Positions 48,544 through 59,943 of a stretch of 64,000 bases of DNA are shown piece by piece. The DNA comes from Trichodelitschia bisporula (Eukaryota), in NCBI GenBank assembly GCA_010356995.1, contig ML996690.1:623420-687419 (forward strand). The letters are read 5' to 3'. Position 1 is the first letter of the stretch. Every line of letters begins with the position of its first letter. Below the pieces are notes generated by a model. It was given only the letters and a program-made list of their open reading frames with translations. It was not told the origin of the DNA and searched no databases. A program made the position numbers and the translations under genes.

Positions 48544-48694
48544 ATCGTCCTCACAACCCGCGCTCAAACCCACATCTCCTGCATTTTCCTGGCATCTTGT
48601 TTCTCCCCGCCGCGCACGGGACATCTTGTTTCTCAGATCTCAACACCGCATCTGGTAGCAGCACCCGAAGACAGCGAAAAGCAAATAAGTGGTG

Positions 48695-48754
48695 ATGAAC
48701 TTCAAGCACGACCTTTCCCATTGGCCCGTTGGACAGGAACATATCAATCGCTGA
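48695..48754 (+). promoter_or_regulatory. Candidate 19-codon uORF (MNFKHDLSHWPVGQEHINR)
   Basis: Only + strand ATG between 48321 and the main start at 49464. Confidence 0.4.
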
Positions 48755-49463
48755 ACAAGCCACCCACCAACCTTTCGATCGGCACCACTACGACATCTAC
48801 GAACCGGCTCCAGACTTCACCTTTAGCGCATCGAGTATCACTCTCGGGCCCCACCTTGCGATACGCTTGCTTTTTTCGCGGCCCGCTTACTTTGCGGAGA
48901 AGCACCCAGCCGCGCGAAAGCCCCAGCTCAGACGTTACTTCCCCGTCAAACCGGCCGGCCTGGTGCCCGCGTCTGCCAGCGGAGCAGAGGGATTGAAGCG
49001 AAAGCGCAGAAGAGCTGATTTTCGGCGCATTGATCCACGCCCATACCCAAGCGTATCTTTCCCCTAGTACCTTGCAATTGCCCTTTCCTCCGATCAAGCT
49101 CGCTCTCGCCCACACATCGACCGCCGCCAGGAGCTGCCAGCGGAACCCGCCTGTGCTTCCAACCCCGGATTTTCAAGGTTGACTAGGCTGGGGCTTTTGG
49201 TTTGGTGCGGGCTGCCTGTCGTTGCTGCGCATAATCCCATTGCGGCATTGCGCACAGCCTGCGTGTCTGCCACCAGGGTTCCTCCTACCGCCACCCCTCC
49301 CCCGCCTACTGCCTACCGCCTTTCGAGGCGGCCTCTTCAGTCTTTAGTGTGCAGCTGCCAGCTACGGCTTCCATCACGGGTTTAGTAACTCTTTTTGCCC
49401 CATTCAGGCAAGTTGTCATTGCCATCCGTGCTGACCCGGGACCTGCGGGTGGTTGGGGGGGCG

Positions 49464-51752
49464 ATGGAGACTTCGTTGATGCCGCTGAATGCACACATCC
49501 AGTTTCTTGTAAGCCTCACGATCTCTTTGCCTTTCTTTTTTTACTTTCCGCTTGATCTGCCGACTTTTGACTTCCATGCGGCACCCGATCCTTGTCATCT
49601 CCAATTACTTGTTCGGTACCTTTTTTCCCCACTTTTTTTTTGGTGCTTCCGTTGGGTGGCTTTTGATGGTGCTGCAGGTTCTCTCTCGACCAGCAGAGAG
49701 AGAATCAGCGCCATTCGGCCTTGCGAATTGCAATGCAATCCATGCAGCCTCGCCGTGAAAGATGCAACTGCAACTGCAACTGCAACTGCAACTGCGATGC
49801 CCTAAGACCTTTTTTTTCTTTCTCGTTCCTTCCACCGAGCGCGTGCCTTTCCCTGATGGGTGACAAGGGACGGAGGAGGCGGAGGTGGAAGCTGGAAGGG
49901 ACGGCTCCTTCTATTCCCTCCATTCCTTGACCGCACAAAGGCTCAGCCTCGAAAGAAGGTGCGACTGTCACCTATGCTACCCCACCTTGATTGTCCACAC
50001 CTTTGATACCCATCAGGGTTGACGGGGAAGGTACATAGTTTGTAAGGGTCGAGCCTTCTTCTCCCCCTCCCCCTCCCCCTCCCCCTCCCCCNNNNNNNNN
50101 NNNNNNNNNNNNNNNNNNNNNNNNNNNNNNNNNNNNCTACCCCAGTTCATTCCTCCCTCTCTACATTCAAATCCGCCCAATCCGTCTACGTGCCTCATCG
50201 GCCTCCGGACATCGCTCCCCCCATCTCATCCTATCTCATCCTGTCCCGTATTACTCCCCACCTCCCATTCCTACTAATCTTCTCCCCCCCCGCTCCACCA
50301 TCTTCTATCGTTCCCCCACACTCTCCACCCCCTCCACGCACCCCAACCTCACATAAGGCATACACCTACACAGGCCAAAAGGCTTAGTAGGTTGTCTCTC
50401 TGCCTCTTGGCCCTCGCTGGCCTCCCCTTCTTCGCATAAAGTGGCTCATGGGGCTCGCCACTCACTCTGAAAAATTTCTCTCCGTCAACGTCCTCTCACT
50501 ACTATGATATCACAGCCTTGCGCTCATTGCTCTGGTCAAATGCACCCGCTAATCCACGATGCTCCAACTCCAGGACACCCAGCTTGCTCTGATCCATATA
50601 CCGCTTGAACTATACCCGAGCTTTCTTCAGCCAATCCTCCAGCTTCTGCTACCGAGTTCTCCATCATCATCTCATAACGGCGCGAGCTCTGGGGGATCTG
50701 TCATATCAACTGGCTCGCTGTCCGACCATCCCTTCATCAACATCTCTGTCACGCCAATTGAGTGCTCCATCGCGTGCTCTCGCCACCTCGCCAATGCGCT
50801 CTTCCTTCCTGCACGGCAGGCACTGCCACCAACCGTGCGCGATGCAGTCTCTATAAGTTCAGACGACTATGTTGTCATGCAAGTCGATGGCGAGGGGCTC
50901 GAGGCTGGTCAACGGGTACTCGAGCTGACGGCTCCCCTGGCAATGGCGGGCATCAGCATATTTTTCATCACCACTTACTTCTCCGATTATATCCTTGTAC
51001 CGAACCGCTCAAGGGTCCACGTTATCAGCGCGCTCGAAGCCCGTGGCTTCGTCTTCGAACCCAATTCGAGTGCATGCACGACGGCAGGCTCGTACACGCA
51101 TCGGGCCAGCGGATCAGCCTCGTCCTTCGAGTCGGTCTCCGCTCCTCCCGGTACCCCGCCTCCGACATCTGTATCCGAACTGCAAACTCGCACATTCGCT
51201 ACACTGAAGAAGCGCAATGTAGGCCTGAAGGTCGACCCGTCGATACGGTTGATTCAATGTGCGGGCCAACGCGACAGCAATAACTACGGCCGACGTGACC
51301 ATTCCGCCTCACATGACCGACTGCACCTCGGCCTCGTACGGTGCTTTGCCTCGACGCCCAAGTTCCTGTCTCTCACGCTGACTGAAAGCGAGCCTCCGAG
51401 CCTACTGCTCGAGAAGCGGCTTTTGGGCTTCTTCGACTCAGGCGCCAATGTGGGCGAAGAGAGCGTCCTCCTTGGGGCCAAGAGCGACGTGCTTGTGCCC
51501 ATCATCCTCGACCTTCGCACATTACCGCTCGAGAGCACCGGAATTGTGTGTGGTATTGCTGGTCGGTTGGTTGGTGGCACCAGAATGGACTTCGGCGGAC
51601 AAGGCTGGGAGAGCGGAGCAGTTGAGATGAGCTACCTTTCCACGGCACGCGCGGGTACTGTCATGGTTGCGGAGCGGGAGATAGAACGGGCATTAAGGGC
51701 GCTGAGAGAAGGGAGTGGCCTGGGCTCGAATGGCTATGAGGCAGATGGCTAA
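49464..51752 (+). CDS. CASTOR/GATS-like ACT_7-domain protein
   Basis: Exon 1 49464-49508 (METSLMPLNAHIQFL|GTAAGC) joins exon 2 at 50574 in phase 0 (GCTAAT..CAG|DTQLALIHIP). ACT motifs LTAPLAMAGISIFFITTYFSDYILVP and STGIVCGIAG..MSYLSTARAGTVMV. Confidence 0.82.
49763..49795. repeat. (TGCAAC)5.5 microsatellite
   Basis: Seen directly, inside the long intron. Confidence 0.95.
50092..50136. other. Assembly gap (45 N) after a (CCCCCT)n tract
   Basis: N run; true length unknown. Confidence 0.99.
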
Positions 51753-52255
51753 AGGTACGGCATGATTTCGTGGCGAGAACGGCGGATAAAAAAAGGGTTC
51801 AAGGAGTTGGGAATGACGTTTCCGGTGGGCGCATTTGATGGCGGGAACATGGAAAATTGGCAAAAAGCCGGGCATTTCGTGGAATCTCTTTCTCCTCTCT
51901 TTACCGCGCATCAGGATTGACATTGGGTGGCACAGGACTTGCATTGCATGGCGTCATGTCAATATCATGATCTCATCTTTGTGTTTTATCGTTAAAATTG
52001 TCACGAATTTGGGGGACCAAAGGGGCATAGGGTGGGGGATATGGACGGCGGTTACAAAAATTGCTTTGTTTTTGTCCTGGGTATTCTCACTTGGTACTAG
52101 CACCCGCCTCTACTGCAGCATCGTCATACCTGGTAGCTAGGGTGCGCGGGGATTCCTCCGGAGAGGAATGCCAATATCGTATATGTCCCTTCCAATCTTC
52201 CCTGATATGATGCTTTTCTTTTTCGTTCGATTTTTGACCTAGGCCTCCCACTAGC

Positions 52256-53565
52256 CTAGCTGCGGGGCTCAGCTGTACCCCACACAACAACATTTCCTAA
52301 AACATGCGATCAGTAATCGACTTAGCATCTCAGATCCAACGCACCATCACCCCCGCCGCTACACCACTCGGCGCGTGCCGGACAGTACGCAACCGCACTG
52401 ACGATATTCCGCGAGGACGTCTTCGCCTCAGCGGGCTTTCCTCCTACCGCCACACTAGGTGGTGGTGCTTCGGCCCCGTGCCGCAGTTCATGCAACACAT
52501 TACCGCTCACTAAGTCCCAGACGAACAGGGCACCGGACTCGGAGCCGGAGAGGATGGTGGTGTCGGCTTGGCCGAGGGTGGAGCGTAGGCGATAGGTTGT
52601 GTTCGTGTACTGTGCCGTTAGCCGGGCTGAGAGCGGGAGAGAGGGCATACGTTGGGTGCGCGGTAAGCCTGGAGGAGTTTCCCCGTGCTCTTGTCCATGA
52701 GCCGTAGGGTCGAGTCCAGTGTGCTTATGAGGACCGAATCGCCGGCCTTGGTGGGCGTGGCGGATGTTACAGGATCTATGAGGGACATGAGCTTGGTGGA
52801 GCTTATTGGGGGGGAGGTCCTCACGGCCGATGACGTCGGTTGACACGGCGCCGGTGCGGATATCGTACACACGTAGCCGCCCGTCGACACTGCCGGCGTA
52901 AACTTCCCATCCGCTGATGGCGACGCTGGAAACGCTGTCGCGGGCTTCGGAGAGGGTGATTAGGGGCTTGTAAGACTGGGATTTCAGGTCCCAGAGCTTC
53001 ACGGCGGCGTCGAAGGAGCCTGTTGAGGGTCAGCCTGACTTCAACTACGCATCCAACGACCTAGGATGAACCGGAAGCATACCGCTGGCAACCACACTCC
53101 CCCCGTCCCCTCCCCACGCGACAGCATTCACCTTCCCCGCATGCCCCTCAAAGCGCCGCAGTGTGCGCGCCGCCGCCACGTCCCACACGTACACGAGCTT
53201 GTCGCCGCCTGCGCTCGCGAAGCGCGCGTTGTCCGGCGCGACGGCGACGTCGAGGACTTCGTAGGCGTGGCCGGGGTATGTTTGGACGAGGCCGGGTGGG
53301 GTAGTAGAGCTGTCGGGAGAGGAGGAGGTGGGCGCTCGCGACGGGTTGTACAGTCGGATTAGCCGGTCGGTGCTGCCGGTGAGGATCTGTGGGAGTTAGA
53401 TATGGGAGGTGGGCGTGGAGGTGGGACGCACGTATTGGGCGCTGCCGGCGCTGTAGGCTACGGCGTGGACAGGGCCTGGTGGGTTAGTGGTGCCCTGCGG
53501 GTGCGGTGGGATGTACCGTTGTGGCCGGTGAGCTTTGCTATTGGGGTGGTGGGGAAGGCGGGCAT
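52256..53565 (-). CDS. WDR83/MORG1-like WD40 protein, multi-exon
   Basis: AKLTGHNG, GHAYEVLD, FASAGGDK, GSFDAAVKLWD, AGSVDGRLRVYDIR, STLDSTLRLMD, SGGGDG-NVVVW. Confidence 0.88.
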
Positions 53566-54156
53566 GGCATCGTTGGGGAAGGTCGTGATATGCTTAAGGT
53601 TGGAGCTTTAAGCTTGTGTGGACCCTGGTGGCGATGGTTCCTGGCTTGTGGTGTCTGCAAGGCTGCCTGCTGATGGTTTTGGGAGCTATTTGGTGCATGC
53701 ACCGTCTGTGATATGCCAATGAAACTTAGAGGTAAGTTTGTTGACCTGAATTTATGTAGAGACTTGATAATTCGTGAGGTTGAAGCTCTGTTCAGTGTCG
53801 GGTTCGTTGGCTGTCAGCCAGAGTCAGGACGGGACACGGTAGCTTTCCCACTGAGCAACTGTACACGTTCAGATCAATTGAATTCGCTTTGAAATAAATC
53901 TGCTCTCCATCACATCAAAAGAGCCTGTTATGTCCCTCTCATACCAGATGCAAATGTAGTTGTTCAGAAAACAAGTTGCCGACGAGACGTACCCAAGATC
54001 CACTCACGGAATATCCCGCTTCCGACGAACTTCTCTCTCCACCGTCAACCGACATCCTCAGTCCCCCAAGCCCTCCCGCAAAACCACCACCACCACCGGC
54101 GCCAGCAACCCTCTCCCCTCTCCTCTCCCTACAGAGACATTATCGTCCTATCCACA

Positions 54157-54833
54157 ATGTCGGCTCCTAGCATCTTCCGCCTCGCCAACCGCTCGCGCGC
54201 CGCGGCGTCCTTCAAGCTGCCCTCCGCCCGGAGAGCCCCCGTGGTCTGCATCCAGAAGTCTGCCTTCTCGGTCACCGCCCCTCGGGCCTCCGACCCGCAC
54301 GGCGAAGAGTCCTTCGAAGAATTCACTGCCAGGTACGCAGGGCCGTCGCGCTCCGGGCGGGCGCGCAATGGCTGCCCCTCTGCCGCTCGGCTGATCGGCC
54401 CGGTTGCTGCGATTGAGATACCGAGTGCTAACCCGCGTCTCTGGTTTATAGATACGAGAACGAGTTCAATGCCGTACAGGATGTGTTTGAGCTCCAGGTG
54501 TGTTTTTTTGCACCCTTGGTGGTAGTGGCAGGTGGACTGATCGGGACAGCGCAACCTGAACAACGCGTTCGCCTACGACCTCGTGCCTTCGCCGTCGGTC
54601 ATTACGGCGGCTCTGCGCGCTGCGCGCCGCGTGAACGATTTCCCGACGGCGGTGCGCATCTTCGAAGGTACGCCCCAGCTAGACAACCATGTCACACATG
54701 TCTAACGCAGCACACAGGTATTAAGGCCAAGGTCGAGAACAAGGGCCAGTACGACGAGTATCTCAAGGAGCTTGAGCCGCTGCGGGAAGAGCTGGGCATC
54801 AGCCTCAAGGAGAGCATGTACCCGGATAACTAG
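54157..54833 (+). CDS. COX6: Cytochrome c oxidase subunit Va (yeast subunit VI)
   Basis: Presequence; EESFEEFTARYENEF; DVFELQRNLNNAFAYDLVPSP; ARRVNDFPTAVRIFEGIKAKVEN; three introns. Confidence 0.96.
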
Positions 54834-55364
54834 GTTGCTCGCCTCGGCTTGATGAATCCCGCTTCCTGCACCCTACCCTGCGTCGGCGCTATGGACTGTA
54901 AAATGGCGAGAGGGTGGGGTGGACTCCGACCCTACTGTACATTGTCCCCCTAGTTAGACCGTTCAATTGCATTCCTCGGCTTCGGTCGAACCGCGAATTG
55001 GGTTGCGTGGATTTTATCACCGGCCTTTTGATGCTACGTGGAGAATGCGTTCTAGCCAGCTTTCTAATTGCTCTTACAGCCGAGCAAGCTCTCATAGTCC
55101 TCAAGTGCACCGGATTTTACTGACAGATTTGTCGTTTCAACTGAGCTACCTCGGATGGAACCCTCGACATCACGCCACCTAGAGCCAAGACCCCCAAAGC
55201 CACCGAAGGCGCTTCACAGTCAAAGTTCCGCAATATTGACCGAATGCTTGCTAGATACGCCAAACAGCAGAATACTGTACAAGCGTAGGGTCTAATCCGC
55301 CAAAAAACGCCGCGTTTCGATGCCCACCACGCTTGCCCAACCCATCCACGTCCACATCACCAGC

Positions 55365-56413
55365 CTACGAGCCCGAGTTGCCGGCCTGCGGGCGCGTGGG
55401 GATGGCCGCCTGTCCCGTACCCGGCTGCCTACCAGGACGGCGCGTAGCAGCTTCCTCCTGCTTCTCCGTGTTTATGCTGTCGACGTAGCGCTCAATGTCC
55501 TCGACCGGCAACATTTCGATGGGCTTTCCCGGCGCCATGACGGCAATCTCGATGTTTTTAGCCCCCGTCTGCACCACCTCCAACAGCGACTTGACCGTCA
55601 ACTTGATCGTCTCCTCACGGTCCATGTCCGACTTGTGGTTGCGCTCGAGGAACTCGCGTACGGTTTTGCTGGAACGGCCAATGGCGTTGGCTTTCCTGCG
55701 CGGTGTAAGCTTGCTTCCTTTAAGATTGCGACAGACGTACCAGGCCGAGTAGATTCCCGACGGCTCCGTTTGGTACAGACGCGGCGTCTTGTCGTTGGGA
55801 TCGAAACCAACGATAAGCGTGCTTATGCCAAACGGCCGCACACCGCCACTCTGCGTGTAGCGCTGCTGCACCCCCGCCACGTACTTTGTGATGTACTCAA
55901 TAGAGACGGGATCCTCAACTGTCAAGCGGTGCGACTGGGCCTCGAGCCGAGCTTTGTCAACTAGGATACGCGCGTCGGCGTTGAGCCCTGCGAAGGCGAG
56001 CGCGACGTGGTTGTCCACCAGGCAGATCTTCGACGGTGTGATGCGCGTGTCTTGTAGCTTCATAGCAGACCGCTTCTCGCAGCCGAGGACTACGATGGAG
56101 GCGCCCTTGACACCGACGGCGCACGTTCCTAGCATCAGTTAGTGATGCTGGAGGTTGCAGGGTGCGGTTTGCTCGGTTTGGACAAGGACTGTGGATGGAA
56201 GAGGCTGGAGTGCGAGGAGGGTGTGAAGCTCAACAGATGTCTGGAGATGGGTGATGAAGGCGAACATACCGCGCTTGACGGCTTCGAGAGCGTATTCGAC
56301 CTGGAAGACGTGTCCGTCGGGACTGAAGACTATATATCCATCAGCGGTGTCCATACTAAGCTCTGAGCCGTGTTCAGCTCACCGGACAGCGCTCTATCAT
56401 ATCCTGATGCCAT
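55365..56413 (-). CDS. PRE6: 20S proteasome alpha-4 subunit
   Basis: [60 protein letters not shown]; three introns. Confidence 0.96.
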
Positions 56414-56726
56414 GGCTGTTGAAGAAGGTATTTGAACGAGGAGAAGAAGCTGGAGAAAAGCTGATATCAAAGGTCACAGAGTTGCTATGCGGGGGTCGAT
56501 ACAGCGTGGTCGTCCAGCGTAAGGCAGAAGACCACACGCGGTCGTGCCAAGCCGGTGGTAACGACTGGGGGGTGGAGCTTTGACCACCCGGCCCGTCTGA
56601 GATTATCGGGCGCCGAACATGGAGATACGAGGCGCATTTTCCCCGCCTTGCGTCATTCCCTTCCCGACACTCGTGTTTCTGCTTCATTTTTATCGTCCAG
56701 CATTTTTCGAGTATATCAATTTGACA

Positions 56727-58503
56727 ATGGCTCAATCCGCCCGCTTGTCCAGGTCTTTGGCCTCCATCCGTACGACCCCGCGCTTCTTGCCGGCTATGCG
56801 GGCACCCGGCGCGCGCCAGTTGCGCTGGGCAGCTACCACGAGTGCGACAACGGAGCCGACCCAAGGGGGTCAAGAAGGTTCAAAAGGGACACCCACGCCG
56901 CCGAAGGCGGTTAAGTTCACCGCAGAATCGTAGGGCACGCCAATCCACTCCACGTGAATCAATTCCTGTTAACATATTTGGTGCTGCAGTTATCCTGAGC
57001 TCAAAAGAGACGCGCGCTTTGCCGAAGTTACTTCCGACGATGTGAAGTTCTTTCAGGAACTGCTCGGATCCGAGTCTGCAGTAATCGAGTCCATATCCAA
57101 GGACGCCTCCGATGATATCGAGCCTTTCAATACCGACTGGATGCGCAAGTACCGCGGCCATTGCAAGCTTGTGCTGAAGCCTGAGACGACGGAGCAGGTT
57201 AGCAAGATTTTAAAATATTGCAACGACAAAAGCCTGGCCGTGGTGCCCCAGGGCGGGAACACTGGGTTGGTGGGAGGATCGGTTCCAGTCTTTGACGAAA
57301 TCGTGGTCAACCTTCAACGCATGAACAAGATTCGTTCTTTCGATCAGGTATCCGGTATCCTTGTTGCGGAAGCTGGTGTGATATTGGAGGTGGCGGACAA
57401 CTTCCTGGCAGAGAACAATCATATATTCCCACTGGATTTGGGAGCCAAGGGCTCCTGCCAAATCGGTGGCAATGTTGCAGCAAATGCTGGTGGGCTGCGA
57501 CTACTGCGATATGGCAGTTTGCATGGGAACGTGCTTGGAATCGAAGCTGTCCTTCCGGATGGTACTATTGTCGACGACCTCTGCAAACTGAGGAAGAACA
57601 ATACGGGTTACGACCTCAAGCAACTTTTTATCGGCGGCGAGGGTACTATCGGCATTATAACCGGCATTTCCATTCTCTGCCCTCAGCGATCATCTGCCAT
57701 CAATGTGGCCTACTTTGGCCTCGAAAGCTTTGAGGCCGCCCAGGCGGCATTCAAGGAAGCCAAGGGCCAGCTATCAGAAATCCTGTCAGCATTCGAGCTC
57801 ATGGACGGCCGCACCCAAAAGATACTCAGCTACGTCAAGGACAAGAAGCTGCCTCTGGAGGGCGAGCATCCATTTTACTGCCTCGTCGAAACAAGCGGGT
57901 CAAATGCGGAGCACGACAATGAAAAGCTCCAAAACTTCCTCGAGCACGTCATGGGTGAAGGCATCGTCACCGACGGCGTTGTGGCGCAGGACCAGACTCA
58001 GATCAATGAGCTCTGGTCCTGCCGCGAGACCGTGCCCGAATCGCTGGGACACTGGGGCGGGGTGTACAAGTATGACCTGTCGATTCCAATCGCGGAGTTG
58101 TACCAACTGGTCGAGGATACACGGGAGCGCCTGACGAAGGCTGGATTAGTTGGCGAAACTGATGAGTATCCTGTAGTTGATGTGGTTGGATACGGACATA
58201 TGGGAGATTCAAACCTCCACCTGAACGTCCCAACGCGGAGATACGACAAGGAGGTTGAAAAGCATTTGGAACCCTTTGTATATGAATGGGTTCAGAAGCG
58301 GAACGGGAGCATCAGCGCTGAACATGGCCTCGGCATCGCAAAGAAGGCATTCATCGGATATTCACGAAGTGACACGATGATCCGACTCATGAAACAGATC
58401 AAAGACTTATACGATCCTGTAAGTTCATCAGATTCTGAGGGTTACTGGGCGATACTGACTCCGAATGTAGAAAGGGATCATGAATCCATACAAGTATATA
58501 TAG
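56727..58503 (+). CDS. DLD2: Mitochondrial FAD-linked D-2-hydroxyglutarate / D-lactate dehydrogenase
   Basis: [64 protein letters not shown]; introns 56930-56989 and 58419-58470. Confidence 0.94.
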
Positions 58504-58798
58504 ATCATAGAAGGCGGTTGGGTAGGACCACTTGGTCAATGTAGAACGTTCCCCGATTGGATGAAGGATACTGCCCAAAGCGAACACATTTGTTTCGTAG
58601 TTTCTTATATCCGTGTCAGCTTCCTTACAGTATATCGTGCTGAGAAAGGAGCGTCAAAGGTGTATGGATGTGTGAGCGCGCGTAGCCATAGTGCAAGGCC
58701 GAAGCCCAAACAATTCCACAATGTTCGATTACCAGTTTATAGACACACAATTTTATTCGTCACCCATCATTTACATTCATACAAATCACCTCGTGCCA

Positions 58799-59321
58799 TT
58801 ATCCCAGTTTGTTGGGGGCTTCCTTGACGTCGAATATGGTCCGAAGGTCTTCCTGGCGCACGCGGTCATCCTTTATCATCCTGACTAAATTAGCAAGGCT
58901 TATGTGCCGACGTCTTGGATCCTACCTAGAATCAACCCGGGCGTCCTCGCCTTCAACCTCCAGCATAGGTTTCGGCGTTACTGCATTGATAACAAAGTGG
59001 TTGTCGCAGTGCGGGCAGTATTCGTCACTGTCCTCAAACTCACGGGCGTCCTTGCGGAAGGCCTTCTTGCACTTTTTGCAGACGAAGACCATTTCAAAGG
59101 CCTGAAGTAGCGGATGGTCCTCCTTTTCGGCATGGCATTCGGCGCAGTCAAACCATTTGCGACCTTAGAGCATCGTCAGTGGCGGCAAAGCGCGGAATGC
59201 GGGGGTGGAGGGGAGACCGACAGCACGGCGACCGGATGGCAACTTGCGCGTTGAGAACGTGTTTACTAGTATAACGTTAGCAAATCAATGTATATTGTTT
59301 GCGCAGTACATCCTACCACAT
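58799..59321 (-). CDS. Small CHY-type zinc finger protein (not called by the ORF track)
   Basis: Spliced MCKHVLNAQVAIRSPCCRKWFDCAECH...CKKCKKAF...YCPHCDNHF; 5-nt first coding exon, three introns. Confidence 0.88.
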
Positions 59322-59943
59322 TATGTTTGTTGAAATCCGAGTCTTCACATGGAAATGTGGAGAGGTGTTGATGGTCGGAGGAGCTGCGGTGTTTTGGCGA
59401 TGCAGGTCCCGCTCCCTAACTGCCACTGGGCGTCGATCATCATACCTCTCACTTCCGCAAACACAAACCTCCAGTCTTACATTCGAATCAGGCTCCCATT
59501 CACACCCCACAGCTTATCCATACTCCCAGCGACATCTCCCCAGATACTCTCGCCGTCACGGGCACCCATTATCCTCTGCCACCTGCCAATCCGCCACGGA
59601 CTCACGGCTGCAGACATCGCGGGCAGCCCAAAGACTTCCCCAGAAGACTTCCGGATCGCCGCCGAGACTCTTCACTACCACTGTCGCCGAACTTTGCAGT
59701 ATCACAAGGTAGCATAGGGCCGTTCCTCTATCTTCGCATTTTTCGCAACCTCGCGTGTGGCGCTTGGATTCCCCGTGGCCAGAGTTGCCTCATTCCTGAG
59801 CACCTATGCAGAAACCGCATCTTCCCTTCATTTCGCCTGCTCCGAGCACAAACAATACCAACTTCGGAGGGCGCAGCCGCTCCTCTTGTGGCTTCCACGG
59901 CCTGTGTGGACTTTTCACAGAGCAGAACTAGTGGAGCGTTGAA

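Noticed and set aside
49721..49930. Cys-rich CNCNCN peptide ORF (metallothionein-like)
   Set aside because: Produced by the (TGCAAC)n microsatellite inside an intron.
50559..50573. ATG 50559 as start of the CASTOR-like gene
   Set aside because: Lies between a branch point (GCTAAT) and an acceptor CAG; a better in-phase exon exists at 49464-49508. Not excluded as a minor start.
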